DNA from: a virus
Lineage: Duplodnaviria > Caudoviricetes
Direction: 5' to 3' (one strand)
Length of the DNA stretch: 39,622 bases
Virus record (IMG/VR): IMGVR_UViG_3300037478_000532
Location: 1-39,622 of that record
Shown one piece after another: positions 26,275-35,804 of this stretch; the first letter of the stretch is position 1; each line of letters starts with the position of its first letter. The position numbers and the translations under genes are program-made. The notes beneath the pieces are model-generated. The model worked only from the letters and a program-made list of their open reading frames with translations, was not told where the DNA came from and searched no databases.

Positions 26275-28257
26275 TCAGGCCAGCTTCAGCTTGTAGCCGT
26301 TGCGAACCAGGTCGGCGGCGTTGTCGAGAAGGTCGCGCAGCACGTCGCCGCGGTAGTATTCCTTCGGCTTGATGCCCTTGATCGTCAGCATGCGGTCGCC
26401 GCCGCCGCCACCCGCGCCGGCCGCACCGTAGCGATTCGGCTCGACCGTGACCCGCTCGCCCGACGCCACCTGCATCTGCACCGACTGATTGTCGCTCATG
26501 CTGACGCCGCCCGGAACCTTGAACGAACCGCCCGCCGCAAAGCCGCCGGCCTGCACGCCCTTGATTCCGGCGACGGCTTGCGCGCCGGTCGCCAGCACCG
26601 TCGCCCATGCCGCGAGATTGGCCGGGAACGGCAGTTCAAGCGCCTTCGCCGCGCCGACGAACATCGAGATTGTGGCCTGCACCAGGCCCGCCGCGCGCGC
26701 CACCAGAGCCATCGACTTATTTTCCTTGGCGAAGGCGTTGCCGATCTGCTGGAACGATCCGGCGACCGATTGACCGACCTGGCCCCAGGTCGCCCCGTAG
26801 CGTTCGGCCACGGCCTGCTGCACGCGGCCGATCTGCTCCGCGCTGGCGCCGAACGCCTCCATGGCGCGGCGGTTGTTATCCATCTCGTTTCGGAACGCCT
26901 CGTGCGGCGCGAGGTTCTGCTGCACCAGTTGCGCGCCTTGCAGCTTGAGCGCCATCTGTTCGGCCGCGAACGCCGTTTCCGAGAGCTTCATCCGCATCGC
27001 ATCGGTCAACGGGATGTTCTGCGCCTGCGCGATGGCAAGCCCTTGCAGAACGACCTTCAGCCGTTCCTTTGCGCCGGCTGCCAGCCCGACCGTCGCAAGC
27101 TCGGCTTGCTGCGCGGCCAGCGACTTCTTCTGCGAATCGAGGAATCCATCGAGTGCACTCTTTGCGCCGGCGATGGCAGGCGTGAACTTCGCGACCTTGC
27201 CCGAGGCATTGGCGGCGCCGGCCGCGAGCGGACCGAACGCCATGCCCCATTCGCCGGCGGCGAGCGTGGCCCGAAGCAACGCGAAGTCTCGTTGCGTCTT
27301 CTCGCCTTCGGCGCGGAACTTTGCCCAATTCTCCGCGACCTTTCCGGAGAAGATATCGGTTTGCAGGAACTCGCGTAGCGCACCCCACTCGGCGCCGAGC
27401 CGTTGAAAGATCAGGATGGTGTGCAGGCCGACCGAAACGAGACCTTGCAGCATCGCCGCTATGCCTTCGCCGGCCGATTTTAGCAGGTTGGCGTTCTTGG
27501 CGACGACGACAAGGGCCTCCGACATCCTCTCCAGTCCCGGCAGCATGTGCGCCGTGATCTTGGTGATGATGCCGTCCTTGACCTTGCCGAGCCGCTTCAG
27601 ATTGTCGTTGAAGGCTTCGGCGGCCTTGCCGGTCTTGCTGTCGATGACGATGCCGAGCTGTTCGGCCTCGTCCATCATCTTTTTTAAGCCGCCGGCACCG
27701 GCGTTGAGCAGCGGAATGAGGTCGGCACCGGCGCGGCCCAGCAACTGCATCGCCAGCGCGGTCTTCTCCGGCCCGTCGCGCATCGCGGCGAACCGCGATG
27801 CGAGCTCAGGCATGATCTGGCTGACGGTCTTGAGACTGCCGTCGGTGTTCCTGATCTCGATGCCGAGCGCCTGGAACGCTCGGATCGGCGTCGACAAGCC
27901 TTGCGCGGCCTCGACCACGTTGCGGTTGAGCCGGCCGATGCCCTTGCTCAGAGACTCGATTCCGACGCCGCTGAGGTCGGCGGCGTGCTTGAGTTTCGAC
28001 AGTTCCTCGACCGGCACGCCGATCGACTGCGCCATCTTTGTGAGCTTGTCCGCTTCATTGATCGCGCCCTTGACCGCGACCGCGACGCCGACGCCGACCG
28101 CAGCAAACGCCGCGCCGGCGATGAGCCCGGCCTTGGCGATGCCGGCGCCGAAGCCCGCGAGCTTGCCCTGCGCCGATTTGAGCCCCTTTTCGAACGAGGC
28201 TGTATCGGCGCCGAGTACGACGCGAAGCGCACCGATGACGGCATTGCCTGCGGCCAT
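26275..28257 (-). CDS. tail tape measure protein
   Basis: 660 aa, Ala-rich helical; IGALRVVLGADTA N-terminus; GFAAGG..GERV C-terminus. Confidence 0.9.
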   Translation of the reverse strand: MAAGNAVIGALRVVLGADTASFEKGLKSAQGKLAGFGAGIAKAGLIAGAAFAAVGVGVAVAVKGAINEADKLTKMAQSIGVPVEELSKLKHAADLSGVGIESLSKGIGRLNRNVVEAAQGLSTPIRAFQALGIEIRNTDGSLKTVSQIMPELASRFAAMRDGPEKTALAMQLLGRAGADLIPLLNAGAGGLKKMMDEAEQLGIVIDSKTGKAAEAFNDNLKRLGKVKDGIITKITAHMLPGLERMSEALVVVAKNANLLKSAGEGIAAMLQGLVSVGLHTILIFQRLGAEWGALREFLQTDIFSGKVAENWAKFRAEGEKTQRDFALLRATLAAGEWGMAFGPLAAGAANASGKVAKFTPAIAGAKSALDGFLDSQKKSLAAQQAELATVGLAAGAKERLKVVLQGLAIAQAQNIPLTDAMRMKLSETAFAAEQMALKLQGAQLVQQNLAPHEAFRNEMDNNRRAMEAFGASAEQIGRVQQAVAERYGATWGQVGQSVAGSFQQIGNAFAKENKSMALVARAAGLVQATISMFVGAAKALELPFPANLAAWATVLATGAQAVAGIKGVQAGGFAAGGSFKVPGGVSMSDNQSVQMQVASGERVTVEPNRYGAAGAGGGGGDRMLTIKGIKPKEYYRGDVLRDLLDNAADLVRNGYKLKLA

Positions 28258-28282
28258 GATGGTTAGCCTCTATCGTGCGGGG

Positions 28283-28627
28283 TCAATGGGACGTGCGGTT
28301 TGCCGCGCCGGCGAGCGCCGACCAGCGTTCTTCAGGGGTCTGGAATCGGTGCTGCGGCTTGGCGCCGGGCTTGATCAGCAGCCTGTCGAGCTTGACCGGC
28401 TTGGCCCGCAGCAAGTCCGCGATGCGCCAGGCCAGATAGGTCGATTCGTTGTGTTCTTGAATCAATCGGTCCTGGTGGCCGTCGAACGCCAATTGCAGGA
28501 GCCGCGGCGTTTGCCGCCAGAATGAATCGGGGTCCAGCCCTAGCCCGCACCAGCAGCGGAAGAGGCCGGGCCAGTCGAGGGCGGTTTCTTCCGACCCGGC
28601 GGCGGAGGGTTCGGCGATACCGCGCCC
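28283..28627 (-). CDS. tail assembly chaperone gpT-like extension (-1 frame)
   Basis: Open frame without own ATG encoding DWPGLFRCWCGLGLDPDSFWRQTPR. Confidence 0.7.
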   Translation of the reverse strand, partial: GRGIAEPSAAGSEETALDWPGLFRCWCGLGLDPDSFWRQTPRLLQLAFDGHQDRLIQEHNESTYLAWRIADLLRAKPVKLDRLLIKPGAKPQHRFQTPEERWSALAGAANRTSH

Positions 28628-29004
28628 TTATCGGAGTCCGAGCCGATGCGCTCGAACAGCTTGTTCAACACGTCGAGCGCGCCGCCTTGCACGCCGTCCA
28701 TCAACGCGCCGGCCTGCTTCAACGTGACTTCGTCGTGGTGCTCGCGCAGCGCGCCCCAGAACAACGCGCGAATGAGCCGCATATCGACCCGCGACGCGCG
28801 GTCGAGCGTCTCGGCTTCCGTCTCCTGCGCCGGCTTGCCGTTGGCCGCGGTTTTCGGCGCCCAGGTCTGGAGCTCGCGCGCAATGTCGATCCATGTTCGA
28901 CCGAGCAAATCTTCGATCTCGCAGATCGCGTTGACGTTGAAGACCAGCGTGTAGGGGGTGCCGCCGATCTCGACGGCGACCTCCCCCATGTGCGGATTTG
29001 CCAT
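28540..29004 (-). CDS. tail assembly chaperone (gpG-like)
   Basis: MANPHMGEV...NAICEIED; between major tail and tape measure. Confidence 0.8.
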   Translation of the reverse strand: MANPHMGEVAVEIGGTPYTLVFNVNAICEIEDLLGRTWIDIARELQTWAPKTAANGKPAQETEAETLDRASRVDMRLIRALFWGALREHHDEVTLKQAGALMDGVQGGALDVLNKLFERIGSDSDKGAVSPNPPPPGRKKPPSTGPASSAAGAG

Positions 29005-29013
29005 GCGTCACCT

Positions 29014-29721
29014 TTACGCCGCGATGGTGTCGGTCGCGGGCGATGTTGCCGCAGCGGAGCCGGCCGAATTCACCGCTGTCACCTGCACCGAGATGTGATC
29101 GGTTTCGTCGCCGGCCTGAAGCGTGTAGGTCCGCGACGTTGCGCCGGCGATGGCCGCCGGCGGCGACGCCGACGCGGCATACCATTGATAGGTGAAGCTG
29201 GTCGGCTCGTTGGCCCAGACGCCTTCGTAGGCGGTGAGCACCTCGCCGACTTCCAGCAGGCCGGAGATCGCCGGCAGGGTCAGATTCGAAGGCGCCGCGG
29301 CGGCGTTGGCGGTCAGCGTTCCGCTGCGCTTGAGCGTCACCGCAGCTACCGACTTGTCCTCGGTCGGCGCTTCCGGCTCGACGCTCTGGATATAGCCGTC
29401 ATACTCGACGTAGCGGCCATCCGGCCAGACCTCGCGGAACGTCTTCTTGACCCGCTTGGCTCCTTCGAGAAGCGCCATGGTCGCCGACACCGGATCGTAG
29501 TGAATCTGAAACGACGTCTCGCCGGTGCGCACGATCCCGGCGACGACCTCTTCCTCGGTGTCCGGCGACTCGTTGTGGGTGGCGTCGACCATGTCGACGG
29601 AAAAGCCGGACGGGGTGACGTCCTTCATCTGGCCCAGCGTGGTGAACGTCACCGGCGAGGCCGAGGTCTTCATCTTGATCAGCAGGCCAAAGCCGATTTC
29701 CGCATTGGTTTCTTCCGACAT
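29014..29721 (-). CDS. major tail (tube) protein with C-terminal Ig-like domain
   Basis: DATHNESP..GETSFQIHY; PAISG..TYQWY..VTAVN Ig-like end. Confidence 0.85.
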   Translation of the reverse strand: MSEETNAEIGFGLLIKMKTSASPVTFTTLGQMKDVTPSGFSVDMVDATHNESPDTEEEVVAGIVRTGETSFQIHYDPVSATMALLEGAKRVKKTFREVWPDGRYVEYDGYIQSVEPEAPTEDKSVAAVTLKRSGTLTANAAAAPSNLTLPAISGLLEVGEVLTAYEGVWANEPTSFTYQWYAASASPPAAIAGATSRTYTLQAGDETDHISVQVTAVNSAGSAAATSPATDTIAA

Positions 29722-29796
29722 CGCGTGTCTCCCATTTAAGTCGTTCGGTGTGGGGAAGGCCCGCGAACACGACCCCCGCGGGTGACGGGGAGTTGA

Positions 29797-30342
29797 CTAC
29801 CGGCCGGCGGCGAGCTTTGCGGCTTCGCGTTCGGCTTTTCGTGCGGGGCGCTTGCGCGCCTTCTCGATGGCTTCGGCGAGCGTCGCGCCGATCGCGGCCG
29901 GGATGCTTGGCCCGATCCGGTCCCAGGTCGGCCGCATGAACGGCTGCGGGCCATGGTGCGCGGTGCCGAATTCCTGCAACGAACCGTGGAACGCGCGCTT
30001 GGTCGGACCGGCCTGCACCACGACCGAACGGCCGGTGCCGCCGGCGGCGCGATTGGCGGCGCGTGCAGCTTGTGCGGCTTCCGCCCGCGTCGATCCTTCG
30101 CGCATTGCGGCGGCGAACGCAGCGGTGCCGGGATTGATGATCTTCGGCTTTGAGACCTTGATCTCCAGAGCCAAGAGCGGACGATCCTTTGGTGCCTTCT
30201 CGGCAGCAGCGTCGGCGAAGTCGGCGCCCGGCCCCGCCACGGCGCGCTTGAGCACATTGCCCTGAACCGACTTGGGCAATTCCAGCAGCGCCTTTTCGAG
30301 CTCCTTCAGGCCCTCGACCTTGAAACTGATCTTTTGCGCCAT
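29797..30342 (-). CDS. HK97 gp10-like tail completion protein
   Basis: KVEGLKEL, QEFGT, PQPFMRP. Confidence 0.85.
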   Translation of the reverse strand: MAQKISFKVEGLKELEKALLELPKSVQGNVLKRAVAGPGADFADAAAEKAPKDRPLLALEIKVSKPKIINPGTAAFAAAMREGSTRAEAAQAARAANRAAGGTGRSVVVQAGPTKRAFHGSLQEFGTAHHGPQPFMRPTWDRIGPSIPAAIGATLAEAIEKARKRPARKAEREAAKLAAGR

Positions 30343-30353
30343 CCCGCCCATTC

Positions 30354-30415
30354 CTGTAACAATTCGTGAACGCCATCCAAATATTGCATGTCGCAATATA
30401 TTGCATAGCGCAATA
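30354..30415 (+). promoter_or_regulatory. cassette 2 control region: 16-mer and tandem 17-bp operators
   Basis: CTGTAACAATTCGTGA 30354-30369; TATTGCATGTCGCAATA 30382-30398; TATTGCATAGCGCAATA 30399-30415. Confidence 0.7.
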
Positions 30416-30443
30416 CCGTGTGACTTATCAACAGGAGGACGAC

Positions 30444-30713
30444 ATGACCAACGAAGACTTCATGATCCAGACGGCCGAGTATCTGAGCAAAATCACCGGC
30501 GTTCAGGCCCAATGGGCCTACGACTTCCTCGATCACGTCGGGGTCGCAAGCGAAGCTGATCTCTGCGCCATATACCTCGGCGACGGGCACAAGGAATGTT
30601 TGATGTTCCTCGAAAATGAACTGCGCTCTTACCCGTGGGACCCGGATGCCGAGTATCAGTTCGAAGCGGAGGTTTTCGAACCGTGGTTGGAGCGGATCGG
30701 GGGAATGGCATGA
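30444..30713 (+). CDS. acidic hypothetical protein (cassette 2 cargo)
   Basis: AGGAGG RBS; antisense to the late operon. Confidence 0.75.
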   Translation: MTNEDFMIQTAEYLSKITGVQAQWAYDFLDHVGVASEADLCAIYLGDGHKECLMFLENELRSYPWDPDAEYQFEAEVFEPWLERIGGMA

Positions 30714-30922
30714 CCCCAAAACAACTGCGGATCGCCATCGCGTACCTTTTCATCGGCGGCGAACGCGACGACGATCAAGGCATCGGTGCGTTTGCGCGTT
30801 GGCTCCGCATCAATCCCAGCACCATCCACCGCTGGCTATCCGGGGCCACCAAAGTCCATCCCGCCGTCGACAAGCTGTTGCGACTGATGGTGCGACACAA
30901 CCTGACGCCGGACGACGTGTGA
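30710..30922 (+). CDS. XRE-like HTH regulator (cassette 2)
   Basis: AFARWLRINPSTIHRWLSG; ATGA coupling. Confidence 0.75.
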   Translation: MTPKQLRIAIAYLFIGGERDDDQGIGAFARWLRINPSTIHRWLSGATKVHPAVDKLLRLMVRHNLTPDDV

Positions 30923-30979
30923 CCAGGTGCAAGGTCGATAGCGTTAGCGTCATCGAGGTCTCGCGGGTGGAGGCCATCG

Positions 30980-31405
30980 TCATCGTTCCTCATAGTGAAT
31001 GAAGTAATCCGCGATCTTGCCGCGAAGGTCGGCTTCGGTATCGTCGGAATCCCGCCAGCCATCGAGGAACACGCCTTGCACGGTCACCAGCGCGTCGCCC
31101 GATCCCATCGGGCCGCGATAACCGTCGATGCGTTCCTTGACCGCCAGATAGAGCGCGTGCGCGGCGTCGGCCGTCTGGGCCCAGGCCGCGATCTGCATCC
31201 GCACCATTGCCAGTCCCGACGGACCCTCGTTGTGGTGATCGCCCAGCCCGGAGATTTCGTTGTAGACGATGCTTGCCGCGGTCACGCCCTGCGGCAGCTT
31301 CACCGGATAGATTCGCGTCGTCCCGCCGCCCACCACCAGCGCCGCAATCGCCGCGTCGGCGGCGAGGAACGCGCGCAGCGCCGGGCGGATGTCTTTCAAT
31401 GCCAT
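30980..31405 (-). CDS. tail terminator (DUF3168-like)
   Basis: RIYP..LPQG, RMQIAAWA; synteny. Confidence 0.8.
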   Translation of the reverse strand: MALKDIRPALRAFLAADAAIAALVVGGGTTRIYPVKLPQGVTAASIVYNEISGLGDHHNEGPSGLAMVRMQIAAWAQTADAAHALYLAVKERIDGYRGPMGSGDALVTVQGVFLDGWRDSDDTEADLRGKIADYFIHYEER

Positions 31406-31407
31406 GG

Positions 31408-31776
31408 TCAGACGTCCGTGCGGCGCTCGGCCGCGATTCGGATGCCACGATCCCGTCCCATCTCCGGCGCGGCGAGAATGTCGAACACGGTGCCCGCCGC
31501 CGGCGACTGCACGTCGGCAGCGGCGGGCGCGGGGTAGAGGATGCGGTCGAGCGGCGACAGATCGGCAAGCGCGGGTGAATTCCGGACGATGAACTCGACC
31601 TGTTCCTTCGCCACTTCCTGCGCGGCGGTGAACCGCTCTTCGCCGCGCAGCGGGCGATAGCCCGCAAAGATGCGGTGGGCTCGGTCGGCCCAGGTCTCGA
31701 CCGGAGCGCCGGACGGCGATTGCGTCACGGTCTTTCTCTGGATGGTGATCAGGCGGTCGAGATTGCCGGCCCTCAT
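31408..31776 (-). CDS. head closure/head-tail adaptor (SPP1 gp16-like)
   Basis: MRAGNLDRLITIQ...G.E motif. Confidence 0.85.
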   Translation of the reverse strand: MRAGNLDRLITIQRKTVTQSPSGAPVETWADRAHRIFAGYRPLRGEERFTAAQEVAKEQVEFIVRNSPALADLSPLDRILYPAPAAADVQSPAAGTVFDILAAPEMGRDRGIRIAAERRTDV

Positions 31777-31779
31777 AGG

Positions 31780-32031
31780 TCACCCATGAACAAGGCCGAG
31801 CCGCTTTGCCTCAAGGTAGCGGGCGACTTGTCCGCTATCGTCGCGCAACCGACACTCCGAGATATGCTTCCAAGCCTCATCCGCCGACATGAAGCAGCAG
31901 AATGATCGTTGTCCGCTTGAGTCGAGGTAGTATTCCTCTATTTCCGCATGATCGCCGATCATCGCACGGACAGAATAAAAACTGTCTTCGTCGTCCCATC
32001 GTGGTTCGCTAGCGAATGTGTGCTCCGTCAC
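31780..32031 (-). CDS. inserted acidic hypothetical protein
   Basis: Flanked by 13-bp near-identical direct repeat. Confidence 0.6.
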   Translation of the reverse strand: MTEHTFASEPRWDDEDSFYSVRAMIGDHAEIEEYYLDSSGQRSFCCFMSADEAWKHISECRLRDDSGQVARYLEAKRLGLVHG

Positions 32032-32834
32032 AGGTCACCCCTCACATTCTCCCAGCACGCGCCGCTGGCGATCTCGTCCTTGGTCCATTGCTTCCACGCC
32101 AGCGCATGGGCCCATGCCGTTCGATCCGGCATCGGCGGCATGTTCAATTCGTGCCCCGTCACATCCCAGGCCATCGATCCTTGATCCATCGCAATCGCCG
32201 GAATTCCAGCCAGCACAGCGTCGACACCCGCGTTCGAATTCCATGTCACGACACAGCGCGCGCCGGATAGATCGTCCGCCAGAGAACGGTACGCCGCGGC
32301 AATCGCCCGCTCGCCGGATTTCGGCGAAGACCGCGGATGCGCCCGCACCATGGCGGCGATCCCCTGCGCGGCGAACGCCCGATGCGCTTTGGCGTAGAAG
32401 CCCGGCAGATCGACGCCGCGCACCGAATTGTCGCCCGGCACCTGCTCCATGATCAGCGCGTAACCGTCCGGCTTCGGATTCCACGGTTGCAGCAGATGCG
32501 CGAAGTGCCGTTCGAAGCGCGTTCCGTCATGGAACGGTCCGCGGAAAATGCCGCGGCCGTTCAAGCCGCCGCCAAAGCTCACCGACGCATACTTGAACCG
32601 ATCCGGCAAATAGGACCGCTCCAGGATGCAGACCTCGCAGCCGTCACGCCTGGCGCGCTCGATCGTCTCGCGCTGCGAGACCCCCCAGAACACCACCAGA
32701 TCGTTGCGGGCGTAATCGGTGCGCAGCTCGGCGCCCCAGCCGTGGCGCATCAGCCCCTCCGCGAAGGCGCCGCCCCAGCTACCCGCCCATTCCGTTTGCA
32801 CCGTGCGAACCAGGACGGTCGCCGATTTGGCCAT
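32028..32834 (-). CDS. GT-B glycosyltransferase, KpsC/KpsS (Capsule_synth)-like
   Basis: QVPGD, RAHP, VTWNSNAGVDAVLAG. Confidence 0.7.
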   Translation of the reverse strand: MAKSATVLVRTVQTEWAGSWGGAFAEGLMRHGWGAELRTDYARNDLVVFWGVSQRETIERARRDGCEVCILERSYLPDRFKYASVSFGGGLNGRGIFRGPFHDGTRFERHFAHLLQPWNPKPDGYALIMEQVPGDNSVRGVDLPGFYAKAHRAFAAQGIAAMVRAHPRSSPKSGERAIAAAYRSLADDLSGARCVVTWNSNAGVDAVLAGIPAIAMDQGSMAWDVTGHELNMPPMPDRTAWAHALAWKQWTKDEIASGACWENVRGDL

Positions 32835-33297
32835 GCAACGATTCCCAATCCGACTTGGCGCGGCGCAGGTCCGCCGCTCCGATGCCGCCGACGAGCAGCC
32901 ATCGTTCGCCCCAGGGCGATGCTGTGCCGGGCTTGTCGATCCGCTCGATTGCAACGTCGATGCCGAGTGCCAGCGCGCAAGCCAGACGGTGCGCGCCGTT
33001 GCGCATCCGCCCGTTCGTCCCGATCGGGATCGGACACGACGGATCGAAGCCGTTTGCCTGCATCGATGTCAGCAATTCGCGCGCGGCAGCGACGTAGTCG
33101 TCAACCGAACGCTTCCAGCTTCCCTTTTCGATGCCATTGGTGCGCTGCGCGATGTGCCAGCGATAGACTCGCTCCGCGTCCGGATCGCCGCCTGCGATCA
33201 GATGGCAAAAGAACCGCCACTTGATCGCGATGTCGAGTCGGTCAGGCGACAGCAGCGAGCGCGGGCAGACCGGCAAACTCCCGAAGCCTTGCGACAT
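32779..33297 (-). CDS. ParB/Srx N-terminal-like domain protein
   Basis: SMQANGFD..PIPI...NGAHRLA. Confidence 0.65.
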   Translation of the reverse strand: MSQGFGSLPVCPRSLLSPDRLDIAIKWRFFCHLIAGGDPDAERVYRWHIAQRTNGIEKGSWKRSVDDYVAAARELLTSMQANGFDPSCPIPIGTNGRMRNGAHRLACALALGIDVAIERIDKPGTASPWGERWLLVGGIGAADLRRAKSDWESLHGQIGDRPGSHGANGMGG

Positions 33298-33838
33298 TGT
33301 CGGCGACCGGCTCCGTGGTATCGATCTCGATCAATGGCACACCGGCGGCCTTCATCGCGGCAACGCAAATCGGCTGCACCGCGGCCATCCTTATCGACAG
33401 GGCGGAGCGCTGCTTGTTGCGGATAACCTTGCCGCGCGCGACGTTGCGACGATGCAGCGTGTCGATGTCCGCGTGCAGCGACGCCACCCCGATCGACACC
33501 GGCATCAATTCATAGAACTCCCGGATGGCGTTCGGTTTCGGCAACCGCCAGGCGATCGAGATGCCGCGATGCGCCAAGCCGACGTTCATGTAGACGCCAT
33601 CGCCGGGCATGCGCGCGATGTGCTGCATGCGCCAGATCGCGGTTTGCGTCAGGCGCCATGCGCCGGGATGCCCATTGGCCGAAGCCAGGTCGCACAGCCG
33701 CCGCGCGCATTGCGCGAACTTGTCCCACGCCTGCGGCAACTCGATGCGATCCTGCGAGTAGGTGTCCGGATTCCACAGCGGCGTGCAAATGGTTGTCTTG
33801 CCGACGCCGGTCGGGCCGAAGACGTCGACCCAGCGCAT
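33242..33838 (-). CDS. P-loop small-molecule kinase
   Basis: GPTGVGKTT Walker A; RRNVAR lid. Confidence 0.75.
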   Translation of the reverse strand: MRWVDVFGPTGVGKTTICTPLWNPDTYSQDRIELPQAWDKFAQCARRLCDLASANGHPGAWRLTQTAIWRMQHIARMPGDGVYMNVGLAHRGISIAWRLPKPNAIREFYELMPVSIGVASLHADIDTLHRRNVARGKVIRNKQRSALSIRMAAVQPICVAAMKAAGVPLIEIDTTEPVADNVARLREFAGLPALAAVA

Positions 33839-34209
33839 CACTTGCCATCCGCAAGCACGGCGACGAACAGGTCTTCCACCGCAACCACGCGAAGTACCTC
33901 CAGTGCCAGGTCTTCGGTACGCATGTCGCGCTCGGCGGCTTCCAGGCGAAGCGCGTCCAGCACTTCGCCGGAATCGATTCGCAACGACAACCCCGCATCG
34001 CATCCCGGCGGCGGGTCGAGCAGGCCGCGGGCGATGGCCTTGGTGCGGACCATGGTGACGTAGGGCCGCTTGCAGCCGCGCGCCGCGGCGATCTGCCGGG
34101 GCGTCATCGTGCCGACACGCAAGTCGGCGAGAACGCCTTCCGCCTTGCTGCCGGGCTGCGGAAACGGCAGCGCGTTGCTCGGCATCGCGAGTGCTCGGCG
34201 TTCAGCCAT
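33838..34209 (-). CDS. HTH DNA-binding protein
   Basis: TPRQIAAARGCKRPYVT. Confidence 0.6.
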   Translation of the reverse strand: MAERRALAMPSNALPFPQPGSKAEGVLADLRVGTMTPRQIAAARGCKRPYVTMVRTKAIARGLLDPPPGCDAGLSLRIDSGEVLDALRLEAAERDMRTEDLALEVLRVVAVEDLFVAVLADGK

Positions 34210-34822
34210 TTTGATCGGCCGGTTGCGGTTCGATCACGCGGCGCAACCTCACCATGTGCCATGCGTTGCGATGAATGAGCCGCACCTCTTCGATCTTCCA
34301 GCCCGGCAGGATTGCCGCTTCAAGCACGGTCATCGAATGCTTGCGGTGCCGCTGTCCGCGCTCGACGTCATCGCCGATGCGCAGCGTGAACACGACCGTC
34401 GACCGCGCCACCCGCTGCAACTCGCGGACCGCCGTTTGCATCGGCGCCCGGTCGATCAGATTGAGGATGCGGACCGCAAGCGCAACGTCGAACGACTTGT
34501 CCGGCGCGTCGATGGCGAGGATGTCGCCGACACGGAATTCTACCAGCCGCGGGTCGATTGCTTTGAGCGCAGCCTCCCGCAGCATGTCGGGATTGATGTC
34601 GAGGCCCAGAACGCTGAATCTCTTTTCCCGGTAGAACGGGATGAACCGGCCGGTGCCGAACGGAACGTCGAGGACGCGCGTTCCGGGCGGCAAGGCCCCG
34701 AGCATGTCGCGCACGGTTTGATCCTCGACTGCCCATCGCTCCTGGCCGACGCGCTTTGCTTCGTATTCCTGGGCATAGCCGCCCTGGTAGCGGCGGGCCG
34801 TCATGCCGGCGACCGCACTCAC
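34202..34822 (-). CDS. class I SAM-dependent methyltransferase
   Basis: VLDVPFGTGR, GLDINPDM, SFDV. Confidence 0.85.
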   Translation of the reverse strand: MSAVAGMTARRYQGGYAQEYEAKRVGQERWAVEDQTVRDMLGALPPGTRVLDVPFGTGRFIPFYREKRFSVLGLDINPDMLREAALKAIDPRLVEFRVGDILAIDAPDKSFDVALAVRILNLIDRAPMQTAVRELQRVARSTVVFTLRIGDDVERGQRHRKHSMTVLEAAILPGWKIEEVRLIHRNAWHMVRLRRVIEPQPADQNG

Positions 34823-35079
34823 GCGGCAGCCCTTCGTTCCACCCAAACGAGAGTGCGCGATGGCCATCCGATGCCGCCATCTGCAAAGTATTTGACGAGC
34901 TGATTTGGGTGCAGCCCTTCATTGGAATCCGGCAACACAAGCGTTCGAACGCGCGTGCGATCACTCTCCAAAATTTTCCGATCTTCGACGTAGCACTCCA
35001 TGGCCACTTCCGGCGACGCGCGGAGATACACACAAATTCGGAAGTCTGGATCGCATTTATCGAACGGCATCGTTCTCAT
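34819..35079 (-). CDS. inserted hypothetical protein
   Basis: ATGA/GTGA coupling at both ends. Confidence 0.5.
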   Translation of the reverse strand: MRTMPFDKCDPDFRICVYLRASPEVAMECYVEDRKILESDRTRVRTLVLPDSNEGLHPNQLVKYFADGGIGWPSRTLVWVERRAAA

Positions 35080-35804
35080 CGCCAATGTTCCTTCACCCAC
35101 GGAAACTTCGCCTGCACCTTCGCCATCCCCGGCTCGCGCTTGCCCATGAACAACACGATCTTTGCGTTGTCGGGCAGTTCGGTCGCGACGCCCGGCCCCT
35201 TGTCCGACATCCGCATCGCGTTCCAGACGCCGTGCGTGTGGTCCCAATACGGATTGTCGCGGTCGACCCGCGACGAAATCCACTTCTGATCGGTTCCCAT
35301 GCTGTGGCCGAGTTGCCGCATCAGGCCCGGTGTAATTCGCGGATCGAAATCATCGTAAAGATCGGGCCGCACTCCCGCAGTCAGCATGATCATGCTGGAA
35401 TTGAATCTCATGCGACCTCGTATCAAACCGAAATTCACGTTGCGGTACAGCACAAGCGGTTCGCTTCGCTGCACCAAGCCGTCGCAGTTTCGCACCAGCA
35501 CCACGTCAAGGTCGCTTGAGAGGATGCGTGGCCCGAGCAGCGCCGCGATGTCGCGACGAAACACCATCAGCTTGGCGTAGCGGGTGCCGGGAACGAAGGT
35601 CCGGCGATCCAGAGGCACGGTCCGGATCGATTTGTCGACCAGGTCCGGCCGGTCGGTGATGCAGACGTAGTCGTGCGGCACCGTCAGATGCCGCGCGAAC
35701 ATATTGCGGTGAATCTCGATATGTCTCGGCCGGTAGTCATAGCGTTCCTGGCCGGCGACGGCATGGTCGTGCCACCAAAACGAACAGACGGTTAGCCTAG
35801 ACAT
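35076..35804 (-). CDS. GT-A glycosyltransferase (GT8-like)
   Basis: CITD, DLD (DxD), NSS, TDQ.WIS, F.G..EP. Confidence 0.8.
   Translation of the reverse strand: MSRLTVCSFWWHDHAVAGQERYDYRPRHIEIHRNMFARHLTVPHDYVCITDRPDLVDKSIRTVPLDRRTFVPGTRYAKLMVFRRDIAALLGPRILSSDLDVVLVRNCDGLVQRSEPLVLYRNVNFGLIRGRMRFNSSMIMLTAGVRPDLYDDFDPRITPGLMRQLGHSMGTDQKWISSRVDRDNPYWDHTHGVWNAMRMSDKGPGVATELPDNAKIVLFMGKREPGMAKVQAKFPWVKEHWR

Noticed and set aside
32779-33297. ParB-like ORF as a plasmid-prophage partition system
   Set aside because: Only the N-terminal ParB/Srx-like motif is present, with no ParA, HTH or parS; it is embedded among glycan enzymes.
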